Assembly: GCA_032718475.1 (NCBI GenBank)
Contig: JAUCBJ010007524.1
Coordinates: 62,001-126,000, forward strand
Reading direction: 5' to 3'
Origin: Nemertoderma westbladi
Lineage: Eukaryota; Animalia; Xenacoelomorpha
Length of the DNA: 64,000 nt
The notes below the pieces were generated by a model. That model was not told the DNA's origin and searched no databases. It saw only the letters and a list, made by a program, of their open reading frames with translations. Shown here piece after piece: positions 19,004-32,400 of this stretch. The stretch's first letter is position 1. Each line of letters begins with the position of its first letter. A program made the translations under genes and the position numbers.

Positions 19004-21190
19004 TTAGCTTTCACCGTCGTCGGTATAACATACTGGTGTTACCCTTCTCCTAGAAACGGGTTTCTCACTTACCTTGTTTTCCAATGTCTTCTCTCTGGAC
19101 TGCCTTAGGAGCTGTAATTTCACTTCTCCATCTAAGAATGACATGAGATCAGCCATGGTAGGGTCTCGTCGTTGTTGTTCCATCATATATAACACTTTCT
19201 TATCCCAGCGTGTACCTACTCCACCCTTCGGTAAAGCAGAAGCCACTGCTCTAATAACCATAGCACCCTGATACTCATGAGACTTACCTAGCCAATCTAA
19301 TTGTCTGCAGATCTCCTGAATTTCATCGGAAAACTCTATAATCCCGCTGCTAATAAACTTTCGGGGCGCTACCAACTTTGCATACAAATACCCAGCTATG
19401 TTATTCCTATTACCATACCTGATGTTTAATGTATCCCAAACTTGTCTTAATCCGTCTGGATGTCCAATAAACCTTAACGCCATTAACTTGGGAGATCCTT
19501 CCAAGCACTCGATGAGGTATCTAAGTTTTTCTCCATTAGATAGTACGGAGTTCTGTATGTTATCTTTGTAATATTCATTAAAAGGTAACCATTTCATCTC
19601 ATCTCCATTGAACTTAACGATCTCTCCCACCTTTACCGCTTGCCGGGCTTCGGTTCTAGCCATTTGACGCGTAAAACTTTCTTGGGCCATCGTGCTATTT
19701 AATATCGAGTTATCGGTATATAAATTCCTCGGATTATGATCAGTTCCATAGGGAATATCATTACAAACAGGTCTATAATTACCCTTAATAGGGTTCACTA
19801 TAGGAGTTTCTACTTCGCTAGCAGTATAGATGCGTGTAGGCTCCACACCTTGCGCATGAGATACTTCAGACCTAACGGGTTGACACATTGTTACAGAGGG
19901 TGGTGGTATACCCTTTTGGGTGTTTACTAATTTATCACGTTCAAGCGCGATACTTTGCTGCACTTCTTGCAACTCTAGCCTACTTTCCCTCACTGTTCCC
20001 TTTAAATGTTGGACAGTCCCTTCCAACTCTCGGACCTGTTGGGAGGAGCGTATCCGATTCTCCTCCATCTCTCCAAGGAGAATATCCATCCCCCGCCGTC
20101 TCTCGTCTACCCAATCAACCGCCGAAACGGGATCCGCCAACGTCGTAGCGGGCAGACAAGGGACAACGGGCGACAAATTCGGAATATTTCGCTCGGGGTC
20201 CAGGACCTGAACTGTCTCTCGGGCAGTTCTACGGGGCACAGGTAGCTTAGTGCTATGTAGAGGGAATTTATAGGTAGTCTCAGGGAGCACAGGTATGTCT
20301 ATCACTGAAGGGGTGATTTCAAGAACAGGCCTAATTATTTCAGGCTCATCTACTATAGTAGGGAGTCTTTCTATTTTAATTATTTGGTCTGTGGGCTCTG
20401 TACTACCTAAGTTGGTGTTATTTAGTTGCCTTCTAACAGCTGGAGGCAAATCAGGCAATTTCTGACGGTGGAATGTTCTTTTACGTCTACTTAGACGAGA
20501 TCTATTTCCCTTGCCTTCAGTATCGGTGGTATCACCTTCCTCAGATGATGTATATCCCTGTCGTTTGGGAGTAGATCGATTCATCATCTGCATATTACTA
20601 GCTGTTAACTGTTTATTTATGCAGTCTTGATTCTCCTGAATGTTTTCCAATTCTAATTGGGTGGTTTCTTCGGAAGCTCTCCGTTCTGCTTCGGCTACTG
20701 CCTCGACCGCTGCGACAGCCGCCTTTCTTTCTGCTTCGGCCGCTGCTGCTGCCACTTTTCTTTCGGCTTCTGCCTCTGCCTCTGCCGCTGCCACTTTTCT
20801 TTTGGCTTCTGCCTCTGCCGCTGCCACTGCCGCTTTTCTTTCTGCTTCTGCCGCTGCCACTGCTGCTGCCACTGCCGCTGTCTTTCTGTCTTCTATACGT
20901 TTTTTCTTGATTTGTTCTTCTTGGTCTCTAGCAATGCGGAGTTGTTCATCGAATTTAGCTTGGTTCGCCGCTAACCTATCCACATCAATTGCATCCAACA
21001 CACGCTGGGCTCCTTCACTATTAGGGTTAAGTCCCTCTAACCTTCTCCTCAATTCGTCATCACCTAAAAAACGTTGATAGTCTGACAGATAGATATCAAT
21101 GGCATCCCTCTTATGCGGTTTCTCTGCTGTCGCTTCACTCTCCGTTGTATCTAGTAGACTGTCTGACAGGTTCTGCTTTGCGTCAGACAT
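19004..21190 (-). CDS. BEL/Pao retrotransposon Gag, N-terminal part (Ala-rich coiled coil plus DUF1759-like capsid region)
   Basis: KFNGDEMKWLPF...EKLRYLIECLEGSP...WDTLNIRYGN matches the BEL Gag pattern; in frame with the downstream zinc-knuckle ORF. Confidence 0.88.
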   Translation of the reverse strand: MSDAKQNLSDSLLDTTESEATAEKPHKRDAIDIYLSDYQRFLGDDELRRRLEGLNPNSEGAQRVLDAIDVDRLAANQAKFDEQLRIARDQEEQIKKKRIEDRKTAAVAAAVAAAEAERKAAVAAAEAEAKRKVAAAEAEAEAERKVAAAAAEAERKAAVAAVEAVAEAERRASEETTQLELENIQENQDCINKQLTASNMQMMNRSTPKRQGYTSSEEGDTTDTEGKGNRSRLSRRKRTFHRQKLPDLPPAVRRQLNNTNLGSTEPTDQIIKIERLPTIVDEPEIIRPVLEITPSVIDIPVLPETTYKFPLHSTKLPVPRRTARETVQVLDPERNIPNLSPVVPCLPATTLADPVSAVDWVDERRRGMDILLGEMEENRIRSSQQVRELEGTVQHLKGTVRESRLELQEVQQSIALERDKLVNTQKGIPPPSVTMCQPVRSEVSHAQGVEPTRIYTASEVETPIVNPIKGNYRPVCNDIPYGTDHNPRNLYTDNSILNSTMAQESFTRQMARTEARQAVKVGEIVKFNGDEMKWLPFNEYYKDNIQNSVLSNGEKLRYLIECLEGSPKLMALRFIGHPDGLRQVWDTLNIRYGNRNNIAGYLYAKLVAPRKFISSGIIEFSDEIQEICRQLDWLGKSHEYQGAMVIRAVASALPKGGVGTRWDKKVLYMMEQQRRDPTMADLMSFLDGEVKLQLLRQSREKTLENKVSEKPVSRRRVTPVCYTDDGES

Positions 21191-22544
21191 GTTTGTGTGT
21201 ACAGTTGAATGTCTACTGCTGTATTACAGTCTGAGCAAGTCTAGTAACTCAGTATTAACTGATAGCCTAGTAATTAATTACCGGTACTGCTACTCAGTGT
21301 AGCGTGATATATATAATATATTAGAATACCGGTATACTTATAGTATATATAACTATATAAGTATTATTACAGACTAGGTTTATCACAGAATACCGGTATA
21401 ATTTTAGCACAAATATATATAAATATATAATAGGCCTATCGGAATACCGGTATACAGCTTACAGTTTGTAGGATATATAATTCTGAAATAGAATTAATTA
21501 CAAGTACCGGTATAATTTCAGCCTAGATTTATAGAAATAAAGATAATAGGCCTATCGTAAATACCGGTATATCAATTATTTTAAATAATTGAATTTCTGA
21601 ATTTTAGGGTTACTTGGTTACTTTACTTACCTTATTACCGTTATTTGGGCAGTAATCCAACTGATATTGAGACCTAATGGTTGTAAGGTAGGCCTACGAT
21701 TTATAAATCGTTAGATTTGATTTATAATATATATATACCCGTTTTAATGGGTTTTGTCAATGTTTGAAATAAATGTTATTATTTCTGGGGAGTAATCACT
21801 ACACAAAGCGGTGCGCTTTCAGTGAAGTGTTACGTACAGGACACTAAAACAAATAATACTAATTTACCTAAGTTACTTAATACTACAAATTACGTACAAT
21901 TTGGGTTGAGATTACAATCTCTAAATAAACACAAAATTTTACAAAAACACAAATACGAATTTTTAGGGTAATTTTACAAGAAGTCTACAAACCAGCCTAA
22001 CAAAGGGTTAGAAAACTGGTTATTACACGGACAGGGTACTACGGTATTTGAAATAATAAGTAGTAGTAAATACACTGCGTTGTCTAGATAGGAAAATACC
22101 ACCGCCTGACGACCTATAGCCGTATCGCTATAGGTTCTACGTTATATATCACGGAGTGTTCCTACCTAGAAGTTAATAGAGCTAATCGAATGTGCCTATC
22201 AACCACTTTACAACACAAATATAATGCCTACAATAATTACTTCGGAAAGTACTGTACACTAAACCCTAAATTAGGTACGAGTACTTGTATAACAGATAAT
22301 CAGTAGTTAAATATACTTGAACAGCTAAAAGAACCACGGCATCTGCTGGAGTGACCGATGCACAAAAATCACCAGTCTTTACCTACGCCGAGCAGCCCGT
22401 GTAGTACCGAGGTTAATTTAACTATAGCGGTATGTATAACAAACACAATTACTGTAGGAACAAACTTGGGGACTTGAATGTTGCGAATAATCGCATAAAC
22501 TCTGAATAATAAATATTACGCTACGCGTACAAACCACTCAAACA

Positions 22545-22920
22545 AAATACAGACCGAACACTGACAGACTACTATCAAGCCTAAACAAACTACGGTATAT
22601 GCAGACTCCGAAATGATTAGGGAGTATGCGCTCTAACCCAGTAGTGCGACTTATTCTTTAGTTGGGGGATTACCTTACAGCGTTCGCTGCCCCTACTGCC
22701 TAATCGTACTTAATCGGACAGATGATCTACACACGCGGCAATCCGTTCAGACCTAATAACAGCCAGACAACTATCCAGCCTACAAATTATTTAAATAAAA
22801 TTATACGCTACCCGTACAGACTTACACAAACAAAGTACAGACTAAACGATGGCAGACTACTCTCAAGCCTAAATAAACCACAGGACATGCAGACTCCGAA
22901 ATGATTAGGGAGTATGCAGT
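22545..22920. repeat. ~85-bp diverged direct repeat (about 22545-22628 and 22833-22918)
   Basis: Both copies share cagactact.tcaagcctaaa and atgcagactccgaaatgattagggagtatgc. Confidence 0.8.
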
Positions 22921-24011
22921 TGGGTATTCTCAGCGAGATTTCGCTGCACGTGCAACCAAATCTCGCTGCACAAATTAAAAATATCACTAACAAATCCCTT
23001 TCAAAATTTAAAATAAAAATATGCATATGATACAAAAACTATTGCAGTACAAAAATTACACCATCAGAAAGCCTGTAAAAAACTACGTTATTTGTATGTT
23101 GGACGTTTTGTTTGCATGTTGCGTTTTCGAATAAACACAACAAAAACAATTTACAGCGAGATTTCGCTGCACAGTAGTTTTCGTAGGTAGGAATAATAGT
23201 GTAAAGGCGGCCTGGCTTTGAGGTAGCTCAACAACTGGGATGAGTGACAGGAAAGTCTATGAATTCATTTAGTTAGGCAGGCTGGTGCGGTGGCTGGGGG
23301 ATGGGAGGTGCATGCACAGTAGCACAGACAGAGCAGCAGAGACAGGCACAGGCCCAAGCCAGGCTAGCTAGCAACTGCCCAGTGTCCAGTAAGTAGGTAT
23401 TACTAATAACCAAATATTGACTTCTTGCTAACTCGGGCTTGCCCTGTGGATAATACAATAGTTCTGTAGTTGGGTTTGTGTGCCAGAGCCACAGTGTAAT
23501 TAATCTATGTAAAGGCCTCCTCCTGCCCTCCAGCTCTGTGGCCTGTGGCTGAGCCTGGGGTTTCCTTAACTTATACAGTACTGGTGACTGGTACCATAAC
23601 TGTATCAGTGTATGTATAGGAAGGAAGGATGGGCTGGCTCCCTAAATTAATTCTTGGACATGGACTAGTTGGCCTTTGGTCTCTATTAGTGGCGGTTTAT
23701 ATATCTACATCAATATAATCACATATTGCCTTTCGTAGATGGCCTTGCTTAAGTTGCTTCTTGCTTGGCTGGGCTGAATAGCAAAAAACCTCTGTAAAAA
23801 TATTTTTATGCGTGTGTGCCAGATTGATGCATAGTTGCGATGCGAATATTTGAACACAGTGATTGCAATATTAAATATTTTAGAGAAACGCTGAAATATA
23901 GTATTCTGTATCCCTTGAGATTCATGCAGAGTGTAGACAGACTTATTGACTGTTGTATATAAACCCAGTTGACGGTAGGTACAGTACTTATCACTTATTG
24001 TTTATTGATAC

Positions 24012-24296
24012 ATAGCCAGGGCAGTCTTTGCCAGTTGCAGTTACTGCGTGGTTCTGGTGGGCGTAGTCGTTCTGATGACACAGGTACCGAAAGAGGTGCT
24101 TACACAGATCCCGACAGAGGCTAAGAGCTGCCAATACAAGTGCCGACAGAGGTGCAGACACAGATCCGATGCCGACAAACACTTTGTGTTGAAAAGAGGG
24201 CCATTTGTGGGACAGTGTTTTTTCCCTCACTACCTTAAAATTGTGTATAGGCAGCCCTATTGTTATATTGGCAACACACAGCAGCGCAGCGAATAA
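24012..24296 (+). CDS. Possible small secreted cysteine-rich peptide exon or pseudogene
   Basis: Open frame IARAVFASCSYCVVLVGVVVLMTQ... (hydrophobic, signal-like), then SCQYKCRQRC...GQC...YCY, double stop TAATAG and ATTAAA just downstream. TATATAAA lies near 23956. No ATG precedes the hydrophobic stretch. Confidence 0.35.
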   Translation: MARAVFASCSYCVVLVGVVVLMTQVPKEVLTQIPTEAKSCQYKCRQRCRHRSDADKHFVLKRGPFVGQCFFPHYLKIVYRQPYCYIGNTQQRSE

Positions 24297-27020
24297 TAGT
24301 TTATTCATTAAATGGGCCACATTATTATTTGAAAATTGAAATATTATCTATATATATAATTATCGATTGTCTGTCTGTGTGTTTGTCATCGGCTATACAA
24401 TCGAACCCATCTCGATGAAATCTCGCTTGCTATATCTCGTTAGAAAGGTCTCGCCCTAACTCGTTGCAACTTAATACTCAGAGCCGTCGAAAGTTCGCCC
24501 GTCTGCCGCTGGGCGATTTTCGTGATTTTCGGGCGAAATTTATCGAATTATTTCGGTTCTTCTATCGGTAATTAATGATTTAGAGGGCTAACATTTATCC
24601 CACCTGGTATAAAATTAACATGGGTAGATTCGCCGTGTCCCATTCTCACAAAGTTTTTATTTTATTCGAGTGTTTAATATAAATATGTATGATTATTTAT
24701 TGATTAAAAATCAAATAGTGTATAAATATGTCATATTCGCCAAGCACGATCGAATTGGCCTATTGGTATTGAATAGGGAAGGATTGTTTTCTGTATCATA
24801 GCAACGTTAAGGTAATTATTGAACTCGCAGCTAGCTGGCTGGGCACAGATAAGGAGCAAGCAGGCTGGAGTGTTGATTGGGGTGGGTTTGGGTTGTCTAT
24901 TGCGAATTGCTCAACAGTAATTCTGCTTTCTCAATCATTGGCTGCATGGAAAGAGAGGTTTATAACATTTTTGTTTTACTGTTATGAATATAAAAGTAAA
25001 ATAATTATTTCTGTAGGCCTATACTTACTGTATCATTATTTTATCTAATATTATACATCTAATCTCGATGAAATCTCGCTTACTATAGCTCGTTAGATAG
25101 GTCTCGCCCTAACTCGTTGCAACGTAAAACTCAGAGCCGTCTGAAGTTCCCCCGTCTGCCGCTAGAGGGCGAATTGTCCGATAGTGAAAACCTGATCTCA
25201 TTGGGTTGTTTTTAATGCTTTTGAGTTGAAACTCGGTAGCTATATACTGCAGCATAGGCTGTATATTTCCGCAGTCACTGAGTTGTCTACAGTTCCCCAG
25301 TCTACCGTTAGAGGGCTAAATGTCTGAGAGTTAACATCTTTTCCAACTGTGTTATTTACAATCCGTTTAGACTGAAACTTGGTAGGCATCTACTACAGCA
25401 TAGGCTGTATCTTTACTGAGTAGCAGAGTCGTCTACAATTCCCCGGTCTACCGCTAGAGGGCGAAATGTCTGAAAGTTAACATCTTCTCCAACTTTGTTA
25501 TTTTTAATGCTTTTGAGCTGAAACTTGGTAGCTATATACTGCAGCATAGGCTGTATCTTTACTGAGTAGCAGAGTCATCTACAATTCCCCGGTCTACTGC
25601 TAGATGGCGAAATGTCTGAAAGTTAACATCTTCTCCAACTTTGTTATTTTTAATGCTTTTGACCTGAAACTTGGTAGCTATATACTGCAGCATAGGCTGT
25701 ATATTTCCGGAGTCACTGAGTCGTCTACAATTCCCCAGTCTACCGCTAGAGGGCGAAATGTCTGAAAGTTAACATCTTCTCCAACTTTGTTATTTATAAT
25801 CCGTTTAGACTGAACTTGGTAGGCATCTACTACTGCATAGGCTATATCTTTAATGAGTCGCGCAGTGTTGTCTACAGTACCTGTGTCTACCGCTAGAGGG
25901 CGAAATGTATGAAAGTTAACATCTTCTCCAACTTTGTTATTTACAATTCTTTTAGACTGAAACTTGGTAGGCATCTACTATAGCATAGGCTATATCTTTG
26001 CGGAGTTGTAGAGTCGTCTACATTTCCCCAGTCTACCGCTAGAGGGCGAAATGTCTGAAAGTTAACATCTTCTCCAACTTTGTTATTTTTAATGCTTTTG
26101 AGCTGAAACTTGGTAGCTATATACTGCAGCATAGGCTGTATATTTCCGGAGTCACTGATTTGTCTAAAGTTCCCCAGTCTACCGTTAGAGGGCTAAATGT
26201 CTGAGAGTTAACATCTTCTCCAACTTTGTTATTTAAAATCCGTTTAGACTGAAACTTGGTAGGCATCTACTACAGCATAGGCTGAATCTTTACTGAGTCG
26301 CAGAGTCGTCTACAATTTCCCAGTCTACCGCTAGAGGGCGAAATGTCTGCAAGTTAACATCTTCTCCAACTTTGTTATTTATAATCCATTTAGACTGAAC
26401 TTGGTAGGCATCTACTACAGCATAGGCTATATCTTTACTGAGTCGCGCAGAGTTGTCTACAGTACCCGCGTCTGCCGCTAGAGGGCGAAATGTATGAAAG
26501 TTAACATCTTCTCCAACTTTGTTATTTACAATCCTTTTAGACTGAAACTTGGTAGGCATCTACTATAGCATAGGCTATATCTTTGCGAAGTAGTAGAGTC
26601 GTCTACAGTTCCACAGTCAGCCGCAAGAGGGCGAATTGTCTGATAGTGAAAACCTCATCCCATTTGGTTCTTTTTAATCCTTTTGAGCTGAAACTTGGCA
26701 GGTATCTACTACATCCTAGGCTCTATCGTTACGGAGTTGCAGAGTCCTATACACTTCCCCAGTCTACCGCTAGAGGGTGAAATGTCTGAAAGTTAACATC
26801 TTCTCCAACTTTGTTATTTACAAACGGTTTAGACTGAAACTTGGTAGGCATCTACTACAGCATAGGCTCTACCTTTACGGAGTCGCAGAGTTGTATAAAG
26901 TTCCCCTATCTGCCGCTAGAGGGCGAATTGTCTGATAGTGAACACCTCATCCCAATTGGTTCTTTTTAATCCCTTTGAGCTGAAACTTGGCAGGAATCTA
27001 CTACAGCATATTCTGTATCT

Positions 27021-27243
27021 TAATGATAGATAAGGGGAGACTGACCGTCAAGTAACCAAAATTGATAAATTGAGCAATATTTCGGCCACAGGCCTTTTAC
27101 TAGCTCGCTGATAGGTCTCGAGTAACAGAAACACAACCGGTATGTATGTACTGAAGGTACTCAATTTTGGTTACTTGACGGTCAGTCTCCCCTTATCTAT
27201 CATTATGATTTCAACAGTAACCCGGGCGCGACAACTCCTCTCA
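27021..27243. mobile_element. MITE-like palindromic insertion flanked by a 14-bp direct repeat
   Basis: ~45-bp perfect inverted repeat (TAATGATAGATAAGGGGAGACTGACC...; 27021 to 27205). ATATTCTGTATCTT occurs at 27008-27021 and 27244-27257. Sister units show the empty site. Confidence 0.85.
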
Positions 27244-29390
27244 ATATTCTGTATCTTTACGGAGTCCCAGAGTCGTCTACAGTTCTTCAGTCTACAGCTA
27301 GAAGTCTGAATGTGAACATCTACACCAATTTTGTTATTTACAATCTGTTTAAGCTGAAACTTGAAAGGCAGGCATTTTACTTCACCATAAACCCCATCTT
27401 TACCAAACTGCAGCGCCGTCTGCATTTCACCAGTCCGCAGGTAGAGGGTGGGTCTGAAAGTGATCATTTTCTGGAAATTTTGTTATTTACAATCTGCCTA
27501 AAGATGAAACTTGACAGTTATCTCTTATGGGGGTGGTGTTTTATTTAATGATGGTGTCTGTTCCGTATGCAGTTCACAAATCTCCCACACATATTCATAT
27601 ATCATCTGCACGTGCACTAGAAAGCTGTGGCCCGAAGGGCCACAGGCTTTCTAGTCTATATATATAAATATCATGTGTCTGTCTGTTTGTTTGTTTGTCT
27701 GTCCAAGCTATACGTTTCTACACACAAGCACCAGTCTGAGCTCGCGATACATCGAACGAAAGCTCTCGTCACGAGCACGTGCACTGTCGCTATCTCGAGT
27801 CTTATTTTACGCGTTTGTTTGCGTGAATGCAGATTTCGTGAATTTGGTACCGGTAGCGCAGTAGGCCTAGCAGTTCATTCTGTCACTCTACACGTTGTGT
27901 CTCGACTGAACTCTATGCAACTTTATAATGCGCATCTACGTGATGCTTTAGAAAGGTATCACCCTAACTCGTGGCAACGTAATACTCAGAGCCGTCTGAA
28001 GTTCCCCTGTCTGCCGCTAGAGGGCGAATTGTCCGATAGTGAAAACCTGATCTCATTTGGTTGTTTTAAATGCTTTTGAGCTGAAACTTGGTAGCTATCT
28101 ACTGCAGCATAGGCTGTATATTTCCGGAGTCACTGAGTTGTCTACAGTTCCCCAGTCTACCGCTAGAGGGCTAAATGTCTGAAAGTTAACATCTTCTACA
28201 ACTTTATTATTTACAATCCTTTTAGACTGAAACTTGGTTGGCATCTACTACAGCATAGACTATATCTTTGCAGAGTCGTAGAGTCGTCTACAGTTCCACA
28301 GTCAGCCGCTAGAGGGCGAATTGTCGGATAGTGAAAACCTCATCCCATTTGGTTGTTTTTAATCCTTTTGAGCTGAAACTTGGCAGGTATCTACTACAGC
28401 ATAGGCTGTATCTTTACGGAGTTGCAGAGTCCTATACAGTTCCCAGTCTACCGCTAGAGGGTGAAATGTCTGAAAGTTAATATATTCTCCAACTTTGTTA
28501 TTTACAATCGGTTTAGACTGAAACTTGGCAGGCATCTACTACAGCATAGACTATATCTTTGCAGAGTCGTAGAGTCGTCTTCAGTTCCACAGTCAGCCGC
28601 TAGAGGGCGAATTGTCGGATAGTGAAAACCTCATCCCATTTGGTTCTTTTTAATCCTTTTGAGCTGAAACTTGGCAGGTATCTACTACAGCATAGGCTGT
28701 ATCTTTACGGAGTTGCAGAGTCCTATACAGTTCCCCAGTCTACCGCTAGAGGGTGAAATGTCTGAAAGTTAACATATTCTCCAACTTTGTTATTTACAAT
28801 CCTTTTAGACTGAAACTTGGTAGGCATCTACTACAGTACAGCATAGACTATATCTTTGCATAGTCGTAGAGTCGTCTACAGTTCCACAGTCAGCCGCTAG
28901 AGGGCAATTTCTCAGTCTACCGCTAGAGGGTGAAATGTCTCAAGTGAAATCCTTCTCCCATTTCGTTGTTTCTAATGCTTTTTTGCTTATACTTGGGAAA
29001 AGCATGCTTGACCATAGGCTGTTTGTATGGGGAGGACGCTAACCAGTCTGCGGATTTCCAGTCTACTGCTAGGGTGCGAAATATCTGAATCTGAAAAGTA
29101 AAAACATTCTCACATTTATTTATTAAAAATGCTTTTACGCTGATAATTGTCAGAGGTCTACTGTACTACATCATAAGGCTGCATCTATGTGAAGGACGTT
29201 GACCAGTGTAGATATCTGAAAAGTAAAACAGCATCAGTCCTTTTGTTTGAGAGAACACTCTCAATCATATGAAGTTTTGTTAAGTCAATTAATTAATTAA
29301 TGTTTGGAATGGTGAATAGGCTTGTGGACTAGAAAGCCGTGGCCCGAAGGGCCACTGGCTTTCTAGTATCTAATATATATAAATCTCGAT

Positions 29391-29422
<32 letters not shown>

Positions 29423-32400
29423 ATCAGCTATACAATCGAACCCATCTCGATGAAATCTCGCTTGCTATAGCTCGTTAGAAAGGTCTCGCTCTAACTCGTT
29501 GCAACGTAATACTCAGAGTCGTCTGAAGTTCACCCGTCTGCCGCTAGAGGGTGATTTTCGTGATTTTCGGGCGAAATTTATCGAATTATTTCGGTTCTTC
29601 TATCGGTAATTAATTATTTAGAGGGCTAACATTTATCCCATCTGGTATAAAATTAACATGAGTAGATTCGCCGTGTCCCATTCTCACAAAGTTTTTATTT
29701 TATTCGAGTGTTTAATATAAATATCTATGATTATTTATTGATTAAAAACCAAATAGTGTATAAATATGTCATATTCGCCAAGCAGGATCGAATTGGCTTA
29801 TAGTTATTGAATAGGGAAGGATTGTTTTCTGTATCATAGCAACGTTAAGGTAATTATTGAACTCGCAGCTAGCTGGCTGGGCACAGATAAGGAGCAAGCC
29901 AGGCTGGAGTGTTGATTGGGGTGGGTTTGGGTTGTCTGTTGCGAATTACTCAGAGTAATTCTGCTTTCTCAATCATTGGCTGCATGGAAGGAGAGGTTTA
30001 TAACATTTTTGTTTTACTGTTATGAATATTAAAAGTAAAATAATTATTTCTGTAGGCCTATACTTACTGTATTATTATTTTATCTAATATTATACATCTA
30101 ATCTCGCTGAAATCTCGCTTACTATAGCTCGTTAGATAGGTCTCGCCCTAACTCGTTGCAACGTAATACTCAGAGCCGTCTGAAGTTCCACCGTCTGCCG
30201 CTAGAGGGCGAATTATCCGATAGTGAAAACCTGATCTTATAGGGTTGTTTTTAATGCTTTTGAGCTGAAACGTGGTAGCTATATACTGCAGCATAGGCTG
30301 TATATTTCCGGAGTCACTGGGTTGTCTACAGTTCCCCAGTCTACCGTTAGAGGGCTAAATGTCTGAGAGTTAACATCTTCTCCAACTTTATTATTTACAA
30401 TCCGTTTTGACTGAAACTTGGTAGGCATCTACTACAGCATAGGCTGAATCTTTACTGAGTCGCAGAGTCGTTTACAATTACCCAGTCTACCGCTAGAGGG
30501 CGAAATGTCTGCAAGTTAACATCTTCTCCAACTTTGTTATTTATAATCCGTTTAGACTGAACTTGGTAGGCATCTACTACAGCATAGGCTATATCTTTAC
30601 TGAGTCGCGCAGAGTTGTCTACAGTACCCGCGTCTGCCGCTAGAGGGTGAAATGTATGAAAGTAAACATATTTTCCAACTTTGTTATTTACAATCCTTTT
30701 ATACCTGAACTTGGTAGGCATCTACTATAGCATAGGCTATATCTTTGCGGAGTAGTAGAGTCGTCTACAATTCCCCAGTCTACCGCTAGAGGGCGAAATG
30801 TCTGAAAGTTAACATCTTCTCCAACTTTGTTATTTATAATCCATTTAGACTGAACTTGGTAGGCATCTACTACAGCATAGGCCATATCTTTACTGAGTCC
30901 CGCAGAGTTGTCTACATTACCCGCGTCTGCCGCTAGAGGGCGAAATGTATGAAAGTTAACATCTCCTCCAACTTTGTTATTTACAATCCTTTTAGACTGA
31001 ATCTTGGTAGGCATCTACTATAGCATAGGCTATATCTTTGCGGAGTAGTAGAGTCGTCTACAGTTCCACAGTCAGCCGCTAGAGGGCGAATTGTCTGATA
31101 GTGAAAACCTCATCCCATTTGGTTCTTTTTAATCATTTTGAGCTGAAAATTGGTAGGCATCTACTACAGCATAGGCTGTACCTTTACGGAGTCGCAGAGT
31201 TGTATACAGTCCCCCCCCCCCATATGCCGCTAGAGGGCGAAATATCTGATAGTGAACACCTCATCCTATTTGGTTCTTTTTAATCCTATTGAGCTGGAAC
31301 TTGGCAGGAATCTACTACAGCATATTCTGTATCTTTACGGAGCCCCAGAGTCGTCTACAGTTCTTCAGTCTACCGCTAGAGGGTGAAATGTCTGAATGTA
31401 AACATCTACACCAATTTTGTTATTTACAATCTGTTTAAGCTGAAACTTGAAAGGCAGGCATTTTACTTCACCATAAACCCCATCTTTACCAAACTGCAGC
31501 GCCGTCTGCATTTCACCAGTCCGCAGGTAGAGGGTGGATCTGAAAGTGATCATTTTTCTGGAAATTTTGTTATTTACAATCTGCCTAAAGTTGAAACTTG
31601 ACAGTTATCTCTTATGGCGGTGGCGTTTTATTTAATGATGGTGTCTGTTCCGTATGCAGTTCTCAAATCTCAAACACATATTCATATATCATCTGCACTG
31701 CACATGCACTAGAAAGCTGTGGCCCGAAGGGCCACAGGCTTTCTAGTCTATATATATAAATATCGATTGTCTGTCTGTGTGTTTGTCATCGGCTATACAA
31801 TCGAACCCATCTCGATGAAATCTCGCTTGCTATATCTCGTTAGAAAGGTCTCGCCCTAACTCGTTGCAACGTAATACTCAGAGCCGTCGAAAGTTCGCCC
31901 GTCTGCCGCTGGGCGATTTTCGTGATTTTCGGGCGAAATTTATCGAATTATTTCGGTTCTTCTATCGGTAATTAATGATTTAGAGGGCTAACATTTATCC
32001 CACCTAGTATAAAATTAACATGGGTAGATTCGCCGTGTCCCATTCTCACAAAGTTTTTATTTTATTCGAGTGTTTAATATAAATATGTATGATTATTTAT
32101 TAATTAAAAATCAAATAGTGTATAAATATGTCATATTCGCCAAGCACGATCGAATTGCCCTATTGGTATTGAATAGGGAAGCATTGTTTTCTGTATCATA
32201 GCAACGTTAAGGTAATTATTGAACTCGCAGCTAGCTGGCTGGGCACAGATAAGGAGCAAGCAGGCTGGAGTGTTGATTGGGGTGGGTTTGGGTTGTCTAT
32301 TGCGAATTGCTCAGAGTAATTCTGCTTTCTCAATCATTGGCTGCATGGAAGGAGAGGTTTATAACATTTTTGTTTTACTGTTATGAATATTAAAAGTAAA

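Noticed and set aside
20640-21077. Ala/Ser-rich and Cys-rich plus-strand ORFs
   Set aside because: Antisense shadows of the Ala-rich repeat in BEL gag.
12900-23000. LTR pair, PBS and PPT for the BEL element
   Set aside because: I could not find a matching direct repeat on both sides by eye, so element boundaries are left uncalled.
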